Positions 1 through 7,949 of a stretch of 45,183 nt of DNA are shown here, one piece after another. The first letter of the stretch is position 1; every line of letters begins with the position of its first letter. A program made the translations under genes and the position numbers. The notes below the pieces were generated by a model, which saw nothing but the letters and a program-made list of their open reading frames with translations, ran no database searches and was not told the origin of the DNA. Source of the DNA: Deltaproteobacteria bacterium. GTDB lineage: Bacteria; Desulfobacterota; GWC2-55-46; UBA9637. Location of the stretch: NCBI GenBank assembly GCA_016200645.1, contig JACQEJ010000051.1, forward strand, positions 1 to 45,183, given 5' to 3'.

Positions 1-659
1 ACCTCGCTGTAAATTCTTTTAACCTCTCCCATCATCCTTGCCCTTTTGTTTCTCTCTGCCACGATAATTGATTTAAGCCTTTCAAACGCATTTTCCAGCT
101 TATCATTGATAATAACATACTCATACCATACCAGCTCTTTGATCTCATTTCGTGCATTTTCCAATCTGCTCACAATTGTTTCATAGCTGTCCTTGCCTCT
201 GTTTCTAATCCTTTCTTCACAGGCTTCCAATGATGGCGGGAGGATAAAGATGAAAACTGCTGACTGTTCACTGTTCACTGATAACTGTTTCTTGACCTGC
301 CGCGCGCCCTGGACATCAATATCAAGGATTATATCCAATCCGTTCGCAAGGAGGGATTGAATGTCTTCATACGATGTCCCGTATCTATTTCCGTGAACCT
401 CTGCCCATTCCAGAAACTTCCCTCGTTCTATCATCTGCTGAAAGGTTGCTTTACTGATGAAGTGATAATCAACTCCATCCGTTTCACCATTTCTAGGGAG
501 TCTTGTTGTGTATGATATAGAATGCCTCAAATCATGGAAATATTCAACCGCCTTCCTGCAAAGCGTTGTCTTGCCTGCGCCCGAAGGGGCGGAGACGATG
601 AAAAGGATGCCGCTCTGAACGATTTTGGATTGCGGATTGCGGATTGCGGATTTATTCAA
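1..659 (-). CDS. gmk: guanylate kinase (3' end runs off the window edge)
   Basis: My own translation of the minus strand gives ...GILFIVSAPSGAGKTTL (P-loop)...YTTRLPRNGETDGVDYHFIS...EWAEVHGNRYGTS...DIDVQGARQV...FILPPS. There is no stop before position 1, so the ORF track misses it. Likely TTG start at 659-657 overlaps the yicC stop (ATTGAATAA), with AGGTG 7 nt upstream. Confidence 0.85.
   Translation of the reverse strand, partial: MNKSAIRNPQSKIVQSGILFIVSAPSGAGKTTLCRKAVEYFHDLRHSISYTTRLPRNGETDGVDYHFISKATFQQMIERGKFLEWAEVHGNRYGTSYEDIQSLLANGLDIILDIDVQGARQVKKQLSVNSEQSAVFIFILPPSLEACEERIRNRGKDSYETIVSRLENARNEIKELVWYEYVIINDKLENAFERLKSIIVAERNKRARMMGEVKRIYSE
257..291. repeat. 7-nt periodic tandem array (ctgctga ctgttca ctgttca ctgataa ctgtttc) inside gmk
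   Basis: Read directly. It encodes the extra segment LSVNSEQS between the conserved QVKK and AVFIFILPPS blocks of guanylate kinase, and the frame is preserved. Confidence 0.8.
627..652. repeat. (GGATTGC)x3 plus a partial heptamer array at the yicC stop / gmk start junction
   Basis: Three perfect units at 627-647 followed by ggatt. On the minus strand it encodes residues 4-11 of the predicted Gmk N-terminus. Confidence 0.9.
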
Positions 660-1524
660 TGTTTTGCACCTGTTCCCGTATCTTCTCCAGCTCCGCCTTT
701 GCCGAAACAACAAGACTGGCCAACTCAAAATCATTGGCCTTTGAACCGATGGTGTTTAATTCCCTTAAAATCTCCTGGCAGAGAAAATCCATTTTTCTGC
801 CAACAGGCTCATTTAATTGGAGCAGATCATTAAACTGCGCTATATGGCTTCTTAATCTTACCAACTCTTCTACAACACTGCTCCTCTCTGCAAAAATTGC
901 GGCTTCCGTTAATAGCCGCGCCTCATCTACATTCGCATCACCCAATAGAGCAGTCATCCTCTGTTTCAGTTTCTCTCCGTATGTCTCCGCCACAACAGGC
1001 GCCCGTGCTTCCATTTTTGCGGCAATATCTTCCATGCAAGCAAGCCTTGAGGCCATATCCCTTGCAAGGGCAGCCCCTTCCTCTTCCCTCATTTTTATCA
1101 GGGAGTTTATTGCAATCTCCAGACCGACTTTCAGCCCCTTCCAATCCCTTTCCATATCATGTTCCGTTTCCCTTGAAGCAAATATATCCTTGAATTTCAA
1201 AAGCAGCGCCATATCGATTTCCTGCTTAAGTCCAAGCTCTTGCCGGAGTTCCTGAAGCGCGCCAAGATAATGCCTGGCCAAAGAAATATTAGGCTTCAAT
1301 ATTCCTGCTGTTTCTCCGGAAGATATGATTGATATATAAAAACAACCTCTGGCGCAGGACTGTTTTACTGCCTCTCTTATCCTGTTTTCTAACAAGAAAA
1401 ATCTGTCAGGGGCCTTGATATTTATCTCTATAAAGCGGTGGTTCACGCTTTTTATCTCAAGGGAAAACTTATCTTCTCCGATTGAAAACTCAGATACGCC
1501 GCAGCCTGTCATACTTTTAAGCAT
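652..1524 (-). CDS. yicC: YicC/YloC family stress-induced protein (putative endoribonuclease)
   Basis: 290 aa. N-terminal MTGCG, and a C-terminal DFLCQEILRELNTIGSKA...EKIREQVQNIE block typical of the YicC N- and C-terminal domains. Confidence 0.85.
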   Translation of the reverse strand: MLKSMTGCGVSEFSIGEDKFSLEIKSVNHRFIEINIKAPDRFFLLENRIREAVKQSCARGCFYISIISSGETAGILKPNISLARHYLGALQELRQELGLKQEIDMALLLKFKDIFASRETEHDMERDWKGLKVGLEIAINSLIKMREEEGAALARDMASRLACMEDIAAKMEARAPVVAETYGEKLKQRMTALLGDANVDEARLLTEAAIFAERSSVVEELVRLRSHIAQFNDLLQLNEPVGRKMDFLCQEILRELNTIGSKANDFELASLVVSAKAELEKIREQVQNIE

Positions 1525-2062
1525 TTATATATGCTTCCTTTTGCAGCTGATGTACATACCGCTCTCTAATCCCCTTCAGCAACCTTCTCATGCTGTTTTC
1601 AGCATAGTCCGGAAATGTCCACTCCAGCGGTTGAAAGTTGTCAGCCCTGTAAATGAGCGTCAAGTCCGCATAGACGCCTTTTTGCAAATATATCCTATGA
1701 GAGAAATTTTTGCAGCTTGCAAGAACCGTCTTTTCCATAGCAATATATCCTGGATCTATGTTTATCATCCTCTTTCTGTTTTCTTTCAAGCATTCATCTT
1801 CCAGCGAATTAGTAAAAAGCTTTATGTCGGGCAAGGAATCGGGTTTTATAAGATTTTCAAAAGAGGCAAGCTTCCTGAATAAACCATCGCCCATTTCATC
1901 TTTATAATAATCGGTATGATTAAAATAGAGCCTCGCGCTTAAAATATCTATGCCGCCGAATTTATCTTCCAGTTCTTTTAAAACGGCTTTGAGAATTCCT
2001 TTATCGCCTGTTATAAGGCTGATTATCAATTTGACCGAATTCGGTTCTTTGGGCATGCTCAT
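1517..2062 (-). CDS. DUF4416 family protein
   Basis: 181 aa. NIDPGYI...KTVLASCKNFSHRIYL...WTFPDY resembles the DUF4416 signature as I recall it. Translationally coupled to its neighbours (8-nt and 4-nt overlaps). Confidence 0.55.
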   Translation of the reverse strand: MSMPKEPNSVKLIISLITGDKGILKAVLKELEDKFGGIDILSARLYFNHTDYYKDEMGDGLFRKLASFENLIKPDSLPDIKLFTNSLEDECLKENRKRMINIDPGYIAMEKTVLASCKNFSHRIYLQKGVYADLTLIYRADNFQPLEWTFPDYAENSMRRLLKGIRERYVHQLQKEAYINA

Positions 2063-3114
2063 CTTTCACTTTTGGACCGAGGCGACCGTGTCGCCGTTTT
2101 CGCCGTTTTGACGCCAACACGGTTGGCTTGCTCCATAGCCCTCTTCAACTCTTCAGGTGTGACCGTGGCTGTCCCAACCTTGCCGACCACGATGCCTGCC
2201 GCAAAGTTAGAGACTACCGCAGCCTCTTTGAAGCTCGCGCCGGATGCTATAGCAAGGGCTACGGCGCCGATAACCGTGTCTCCTGCGCCGCTTACATCAT
2301 AGACCTCTTTTGCAACAGTGGGGATATGAGTTATCTCGCCGCTGTTTTCAAAAAGGCTCATGCCGTGTTCGCCCCTTGTTATGAGAACCGCATCGCCTCC
2401 CAGTTTATTGAGAAGCACCTCGCCCGCCCTCATAAGACTTGCATCATTTTCAATATCAACGCCTGAGGCCTGGGATGCCTCATCATTATTTGGGGTTACA
2501 ATTGTTGCATCTTTGTAGAAATCAAAATGATTGACCTTGGGATCCACGGCAACCGGTTTTCCCTCCTTCCTGGCAAGGCTTATTATCTCTTCTGCCAGCT
2601 CCTGCGATATTACCCCTTTTGCATAATCCGACAGGATAATTATATCAACGGAGCTTATCTTCCTCTTTGCATAATCCAGTATGGTCTTCATGGTATCCAG
2701 ATGTATCTTATCCTTTTTCTCCCGGTCAAACCTTACCACTTGCTGGCTGTGGGCTATAACCCTTGTCTTTACCGAGGTTGGCCTGCTCTCCTCAATAATA
2801 ACCCCGTCCGAAGGTATTCCTTTCAAGCTCATCTCACGCACAAGGTTTTTGCCCGTATCATCCCTTCCCACAACGCCGCATACAAGAACCTTGCCGCCGA
2901 GGCTGCGGATATTATTCACCACATTTGCAGCGCCGCCCAGCATAAGGCTTTCTGAATTAACCTCCACAACAGGCACGGGCGCCTCAGGAGAAATGCGCCT
3001 TACCTTTCCCCAGATGAAATGGTCCATCACAAGGTCGCCTATAACAAGGACAGACGCCCTTTTAAAATTATGAAGGATTTCAATCCCTCGTTTCATTTTT
3101 AAAATGGACTTCAT
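2059..3114 (-). CDS. hldA: D-glycero-beta-D-manno-heptose-7-phosphate kinase (RfaE domain I, PfkB family)
   Basis: 351 aa. VLVIGDLVMDHFIWGKVRRISPEAPVPVV at the N-terminus and DVSGAGDTV near the C-terminus match the PfkB/RfaE kinase pattern. No adenylyltransferase domain is fused. Confidence 0.85.
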   Translation of the reverse strand: MKSILKMKRGIEILHNFKRASVLVIGDLVMDHFIWGKVRRISPEAPVPVVEVNSESLMLGGAANVVNNIRSLGGKVLVCGVVGRDDTGKNLVREMSLKGIPSDGVIIEESRPTSVKTRVIAHSQQVVRFDREKKDKIHLDTMKTILDYAKRKISSVDIIILSDYAKGVISQELAEEIISLARKEGKPVAVDPKVNHFDFYKDATIVTPNNDEASQASGVDIENDASLMRAGEVLLNKLGGDAVLITRGEHGMSLFENSGEITHIPTVAKEVYDVSGAGDTVIGAVALAIASGASFKEAAVVSNFAAGIVVGKVGTATVTPEELKRAMEQANRVGVKTAKTATRSPRSKSER

Positions 3115-3128
3115 TATTCTCCTTTTCC

Positions 3129-3180
3129 GTAGTCACCGACCTTTAGGTCGGTGATGGCGGGTCTAAAGACCCGCCACTAC
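3129..3180. repeat. GTAG-headed REP-like element: outer stem GTAGT/ACTAC enclosing two 8-bp hairpins
   Basis: CACCGACC-TTTA-GGTCGGTG (3134-3153) and GGCGGGTC-TAAA-GACCCGCC (3157-3175) are bracketed by GTAGT (3129-3133) and ACTAC (3176-3180). Intergenic between the GT4 gene and hldA. Confidence 0.65.
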
Positions 3181-3198
3181 GAGGGACTGGGGGGATTT

Positions 3199-3942
3199 TC
3201 ATGTCCCTTGGTGAACCGAAGACTCACGGAAGCTGCACTTCATTCCCTCAATAAGCCTTAACAATTTCTCCACATTTTTCTCTATGGTATAGTTTTCTAC
3301 TGTTGTTCTCGCCCGTTTGCCTGCAGCCAGCCTTATCTCTTCATTCAGCAAGGGCTTAATCCTTTCAGCAAGCTCCACAGGATTTGCAGGGTCATTTACA
3401 ATCATGCCGTCTTTTCCGTCCGTGAGGATTTCGGAGACCCCGTTTATTCTTGATGTTATCACCGGCAGCTCGGCTGCCATAGCCTCAAGACAGGCATTGC
3501 TGAAAGGCTCGTAGATGGATGGCAAAACGAATATATCCGCAGCAACGTAGTAGCCTTTGACATCTTTTGCAGGGCCGATAAATTGCACATCACCTGCCAC
3601 GCCGCATCTGTCGGCAACGTTTTGATACTTTTTTATGTCTCCTTTTCCTACAACAACCAATTTGTAGGAAGGGCTTTGCCCGCCATTTTGCCTTTCTTTC
3701 TTTAAAATTCCCAGCGCCTCGATCAAAAACCGCAAGCCTTTTCTCTCAAAACCAGAGCCGACGAACAGAAGGACAATTTCATCCTGCATCTGAAGTTTTG
3801 CTCTATAGGCGATTCTCAGATTGTCCCTCTCATGAAGATTAAACGCCCTGAGATCAATTCCGTTATATATAACACAAATCTTTTCCTCAGGCAAACCGTA
3901 ATGCCTTATTATCTCCTCCTTGCCGCGCACGGAATTTGCCAC
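3199..3942 (-). CDS. GT4 glycosyltransferase, C-terminal fragment of a gene split by a frameshift
   Basis: Contains the GT-B C-terminal domain (FVLPSIYEPFSNACLEAMAAELPVITSRINGVSEIL, an EX7E-like region). The frame stays open upstream to about 4072 (…TSLNPLHLTILYLEKRLFQSKRLKFVV) with no start codon other than GTG at 3942. Confidence 0.8.
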   Translation of the reverse strand: MANSVRGKEEIIRHYGLPEEKICVIYNGIDLRAFNLHERDNLRIAYRAKLQMQDEIVLLFVGSGFERKGLRFLIEALGILKKERQNGGQSPSYKLVVVGKGDIKKYQNVADRCGVAGDVQFIGPAKDVKGYYVAADIFVLPSIYEPFSNACLEAMAAELPVITSRINGVSEILTDGKDGMIVNDPANPVELAERIKPLLNEEIRLAAGKRARTTVENYTIEKNVEKLLRLIEGMKCSFRESSVHQGT

Positions 3943-4009
3943 GACAAATTTTAATCTCTTGCTCTGAAAAAGCCTTTTTTCAAGATAAAGGATGGTTAAA
4001 TGTAACGGG

Positions 4010-4522
4010 TTAAGCGAGGTTATAATTTTTCTTATTGTTCTTTTGGCTTTTGACTTTTGACTTTTCTCTTTGTATCAGCCATTCTCTATGGCAGCCGTCG
4101 CCTGCCCGATAAATGTCCTGATACAATGTCCTTTCAAAACTTATCACCACATCAAGGTTTGCCTTTCTGACAGCAAAATAAGCATTTATGGCAAAAGATA
4201 ATATCCGTAAGAATGAGGGACCGAATGTTTTAATATTGTGAAATATAAGTTTTGACCCCTGCTTACTGCTTGCAGGGGCATGGTTTTGCCCCGAAAATAC
4301 CCCATCCCCACCCCAACCCTCCCCTTGAAGGGGAGGGAGTAAAATAGTCTCCTCTCCCTCAGGGAGAGGATTAAGGTGAGGGTGGGGTAAATTTTCTTCC
4401 CACTCCCTTGCAAATATATGGCATGTATGCCCCTTTGTAAGAAGCGCATCAATAAATCGGGAAAGAAAAACCTCCGCTCCGCCGTATGGCGTATACCGCA
4501 TCCTGACAAGGCCGATGTTCAA
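4010..4522 (-). CDS. GT4 glycosyltransferase, N-terminal fragment (same gene as 3199..3942)
   Basis: The N-terminus MNIGLVRMRYTPYGGAEVF and ...YRAGDGCHREWL are typical of WaaG-like GT4 enzymes. The fragment terminates just after a heptamer tract and carries a palindromic in-frame insert. Confidence 0.75.
   Translation of the reverse strand: MNIGLVRMRYTPYGGAEVFLSRFIDALLTKGHTCHIFAREWEENLPHPHLNPLPEGEETILLPPLQGEGWGGDGVFSGQNHAPASSKQGSKLIFHNIKTFGPSFLRILSFAINAYFAVRKANLDVVISFERTLYQDIYRAGDGCHREWLIQREKSKVKSQKNNKKNYNLA
4041..4068. repeat. Heptamer tract ttttggc ttttgac ttttgac ttttctc (4 units, 28 nt) at the GT4 frameshift point
   Basis: Read directly. On the minus strand it is GAGAAAA GTCAAAA GTCAAAA GCCAAAA. 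Deleting one 7-nt unit fuses the two GT4 fragments in frame (worked out by hand). Confidence 0.85.
4306..4387. repeat. Nested palindrome (outer stem plus two inner hairpins) inserted in frame in the GT4 N-terminal domain
   Basis: Outer stem CCCCACCC (4306-4313) / GGGTGGGG (4380-4387). Inner hairpins are CCCTCCCC-ttgaa-GGGGAGGG (4317-4337) and TCCTCTCCC-tca-GGGAGAGGA (4350-4370). It encodes ...HLNPLPEGEETILLPPLQGEGWGGDG..., which is absent from typical WaaG-like proteins. Confidence 0.7.
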
Positions 4523-5580
4523 GATATATTATTACCTCGCTTGCCTATCTCTGCCAATGTATTAACTGCATCTGCCACATCATCAACCGATATATTCTCC
4601 ACGTTATCTCCTGATGTAAGCGCTATATTCTGCGTTTTCCATGGATACCAGGACTGCGCCTTTCCCCTGGTCATCAGCGCAACGGTCGGCTTCTTTAAAG
4701 CGGCTGCTATATGCAGGGAGCCTGTATCCAGGGTAATTACCATATCTGATAATGAAATAGCGGCAACCAATGCCCCCAGGGTAGATGTCGGATAACCTCT
4801 TACCTTCTCAGCAAACCGGCGAAGAATAATATCAGCCGCCTCATCATCTCCCGGGAAAGTTGGACTATTCATAGAACCGGGAGACCATAATAAGAGCACA
4901 TGAACAGTATTCTGGGCCAGCAACTTTTCAATAAGGGTTATAAATTTTGCGATAGGCCATTTATTTTTCTTTATTCTAGCGCTTATCGCTACTGCCGCAA
5001 GCGGCCTGCCTGTATTTGCATAACTGGCAGTTTTAAAATCTTTGAATTTGCTTTGTTCCGAAGAACTTGGCGATAAAATCAATCCGCCGGGTTCAACCTC
5101 TATTCCCAACGGTTTTATAAGGGCAAATGTTTTTACCACCTCATGCATCTCCTCTGACGGAGAAATAATTCCTTTGTTATAGAAAGAAAACTTCCGTTTT
5201 GCCTTTAAATATCCTATCCGCACTTTTGCACCTGTCAGGAAGGTATACCTTTCAAGCCTCGGAGAATGCGAGCCGCAGCCAACTGCCACATCATACCTCT
5301 CTTTTCGTATCTTGAAAAGAAGTTTCAGATTTTTTAACCAAACTGACAGCCTATTTCTGTTTTTAAAATGTTTTTCTTTTTCATAAATATAGACCTCATC
5401 AACATCCGGATTATTTGCCAGCGCACCGGCATTATAGCTGTTTACCAGAATGCCTATTTTTGCTGAAGGAAATTTCTCACGCAGCGCATGAATAGCCGGG
5501 GTCGTACAAATCAAGTCGCCAATGTTGTCTCTGCGGATTAAAAGAATTTTTTTAATTGCCTTTGCATCTATTTTGTTCAT
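4519..5580 (-). CDS. GT9 family glycosyltransferase (LPS heptosyltransferase-like)
   Basis: 353 aa. KKILLIRRDNIGDLICTTPAIHALREKFPSAKIGILV and DTGSLHIAAAL are GT9 hallmarks. Confidence 0.85.
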   Translation of the reverse strand: MNKIDAKAIKKILLIRRDNIGDLICTTPAIHALREKFPSAKIGILVNSYNAGALANNPDVDEVYIYEKEKHFKNRNRLSVWLKNLKLLFKIRKERYDVAVGCGSHSPRLERYTFLTGAKVRIGYLKAKRKFSFYNKGIISPSEEMHEVVKTFALIKPLGIEVEPGGLILSPSSSEQSKFKDFKTASYANTGRPLAAVAISARIKKNKWPIAKFITLIEKLLAQNTVHVLLLWSPGSMNSPTFPGDDEAADIILRRFAEKVRGYPTSTLGALVAAISLSDMVITLDTGSLHIAAALKKPTVALMTRGKAQSWYPWKTQNIALTSGDNVENISVDDVADAVNTLAEIGKRGNNIS

Positions 5581-6850
5581 AGATAACCATTGTAATTGCA
5601 GCCAGCGTAAAGGTAAGAGGTCCGTAGGTTTCTTCCCAGAGCCCGTTTGCAGTATTTATTATGGCGTAAGCCACGAGAACAGCCACTACCCCGTATTTTA
5701 CAAAACAATTCAATTCATCATCTGACCCCTGCCTTATTATCCTTACAACCTTTATGAAAACGGCAAGCCAGAACAAGACAAATGCTGCCAACCCCAAGGC
5801 CCCCGCTTCAAAAAGTATCTGCAGCACAAGATTGTGCGGATTTGCGCTGCCATAATCAGTTTTCTTAAAATAGTCATATGTCCCAGGCCATTTCTCTCTC
5901 CATCTTTCCAGATAACCGTCCTCTCTGACTACCGTCGCAATCTTTTTCCATCCATAACCGTAACCGATAATTGGGCTATCTTTGATTATGTCAATAGCCC
6001 CTCTCCATATATCGCCCCTGCCGCTCAACCCTTCATTTGTTATATATGTTTTAGGAGAAAACAGTGTTTTATACCTGTCAAGCAATTCAGGTTTTTTGAA
6101 ATAACTTATGCCCCCAAGTCCAAGAAAAATAACAATTACAACAGCAAGCATCTTATATCTTTTTGATATTAAGATTATAACAATGATGGAAACTAAAATG
6201 GCCGCTAGTGTTGTCCTTGAACTGTAATAGAGCCACACCAGCGTAAATTCTGCCGATAGCATAACCCAGAAAAACCCTTTCCTATACAGCCTGTCTTTTA
6301 CGCTCAAGAGATAACCGAAGGTAAACGGTATATAAAAAGCCGCATTGAGGGCATACCCCCCTAAAAAGGTCTCTTTGTTTGCCTTTGCTTCAAGGATATT
6401 GAAAAGGGCGGCAGGCGGATTTTTAATAAAAATGATAAGCGTTACGGTGATAAAACTTAAGATGACTGCATACAATAACGATTGAAGTTTCTCAAGGCTT
6501 CTGAATTCAGCCAGTATTACAAAGAATACAACAAGCTGGCAGAGAAAATTTTTTCTGAATGCATTAAGGCTGTCAATTTTATAATCGCTGAAAACAATAC
6601 TGATGAGAATAGCGCCCAGCAATATGCACAAGGCTATGATTGTGCTGTCCTTCCAGTTAATCCCCTGAAATACAAACCTGCCGCCTTTTCTTGCGACCTT
6701 AATCATAAAGAAAAGCAGCATACTGTAAAAAGCAGTATTTCTTATGCCCGCAAAATGATTAAAGGGCTGGAAAAAGATATATATCAAAAGGAGGGGCGGG
6801 ATGAGGGCATAGAGCCTTTCCTCTGTTTTAATCCAAAAGTTTTGAGACAC
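5552..6850 (-). CDS. O-antigen ligase / polymerase family membrane protein (Wzy_C domain)
   Basis: Polytopic membrane protein with SSRTTLAAILV and NPHNLVLQILFEAGALGLAAF motifs. The track ORF reaches 7030 but overlaps the upstream gene by about 200 nt. GTG at 6850 is preceded by GGAGGAGG at 9-nt spacing. ATG at 6901 or 6913 are alternatives. Confidence 0.7.
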   Translation of the reverse strand: MSQNFWIKTEERLYALIPPLLLIYIFFQPFNHFAGIRNTAFYSMLLFFMIKVARKGGRFVFQGINWKDSTIIALCILLGAILISIVFSDYKIDSLNAFRKNFLCQLVVFFVILAEFRSLEKLQSLLYAVILSFITVTLIIFIKNPPAALFNILEAKANKETFLGGYALNAAFYIPFTFGYLLSVKDRLYRKGFFWVMLSAEFTLVWLYYSSRTTLAAILVSIIVIILISKRYKMLAVVIVIFLGLGGISYFKKPELLDRYKTLFSPKTYITNEGLSGRGDIWRGAIDIIKDSPIIGYGYGWKKIATVVREDGYLERWREKWPGTYDYFKKTDYGSANPHNLVLQILFEAGALGLAAFVLFWLAVFIKVVRIIRQGSDDELNCFVKYGVVAVLVAYAIINTANGLWEETYGPLTFTLAAITMVIYEQNRCKGN

Positions 6851-7949
6851 CTTGAAAAACCTCCTCCACCGTAATGTCGGTGACGCACTCTCTGTTCCCA
6901 TAACTGCACGCATAGGGAGCTTTAAATGTATGAGAACAGGGAACACAGGGAAGATTCTTTTGAATGATGACAACCTTGCCGCCGGTTGGCCTCTGATCTG
7001 CCATATCAGAAGGACCTGCGATGTCAACAACAGGTATATTCAACGCGTCTGCCATGTAAATGACGCCGGTGTCAACGCCGATGAAAAGCAACAATCTCTG
7101 CATAAGCGCAGGGAGTTCGGCAAGCGTGAATTTGCCCGCCGCATCAATGACCGCATCTCTGCGCCGCATGATTTTCAGTATTTTATCAGAAACATCCCTG
7201 TCTTTTTCAGAGCCGATAAGCATTACGACTGCGCTGCGCTCCGCTATCAATCTATCCGCAAGGGCTGCCATATTCTCTGCGCCCCATTCCTTGAGCCTGT
7301 TGCCGCTGGTAACGGCAAGGCCCACCGTGGGGCTTGAGGCTTGGGGCTTGGGGCTTGGGGCTAATAATCTCTCAGTTTTTTCATTGGCGTCTGGTGATTG
7401 GAAAACCTCTTTTGAAATATCGTCGTCATCGATGCCGATGGCCTTGAGCATCGCCATATAGGTCTCTGCGACAAGCCTGCCCCGCCTATGCCTTTCAAGA
7501 TATGTAGAAAATATGGATGCCGTCATGTAGGTGATTCCCGCAAAATCAGGCATCACGGAAATTCTTACAGGAATAAGCCCCCAGAACATGGCAATAGTAA
7601 ATGGGACATTTGGGTTGAGCGATATTCCGATATCATATCTACCACTGTAAATAAGCCTCGCCAATTTCACCTTGCCGGCAAATCCTTTATAGAAGTTGCT
7701 TTCAAGAGGTATAATCTCATCCACATATGGATTATGCTCAAGGAGCTCTTTGGTAAGAGGACTTGCCATTACCGACAGACGGGCGTCAGGATATTTTTCC
7801 TTAACCGCCCTGAAACCATGGGTGGAGCAGATAAGATCGCCGATCTTGGCAGTCTGGATTATCAAAACTCGCCGCATCTCTCTTTTCCTGAAAAACAGAA
7901 AAAAGTAGAGGATCGGCGAAGCCAGATAGGTGAGCAACACATAGAACAC
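6828..7949 (-). CDS. GT9 family glycosyltransferase (heptosyltransferase-like)
   Basis: 373 aa. RRVLIIQTAKIGDLICSTHGFRAVKEKYPDARLSVM and a C-terminal Cys cluster CVPCSH...CSYGNRECV. GTG start at 7949; an alternative ATG at 7877 would remove a hydrophobic N-terminal extension. Confidence 0.8.
   Translation of the reverse strand: MFYVLLTYLASPILYFFLFFRKREMRRVLIIQTAKIGDLICSTHGFRAVKEKYPDARLSVMASPLTKELLEHNPYVDEIIPLESNFYKGFAGKVKLARLIYSGRYDIGISLNPNVPFTIAMFWGLIPVRISVMPDFAGITYMTASIFSTYLERHRRGRLVAETYMAMLKAIGIDDDDISKEVFQSPDANEKTERLLAPSPKPQASSPTVGLAVTSGNRLKEWGAENMAALADRLIAERSAVVMLIGSEKDRDVSDKILKIMRRRDAVIDAAGKFTLAELPALMQRLLLFIGVDTGVIYMADALNIPVVDIAGPSDMADQRPTGGKVVIIQKNLPCVPCSHTFKAPYACSYGNRECVTDITVEEVFQGVSKLLD
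7331..7362. repeat. Heptamer array ggcttga (ggcttgg)x3 ggct.. inside the GT9 gene
   Basis: Read directly. It encodes SPKPQASSP and the frame is preserved. Confidence 0.85.

Noticed and set aside
644-1255. 203-aa plus-strand ORF, and other long antisense ORFs such as 2681..3073, 11413..12093, 21332..21874, 27132..27548, 29850..30230 and 30644..31201
   Set aside because: Each lies entirely antisense to a gene with clear family motifs. Their translations are low-complexity (Ser/Leu/Pro-rich), as expected for shadow ORFs.
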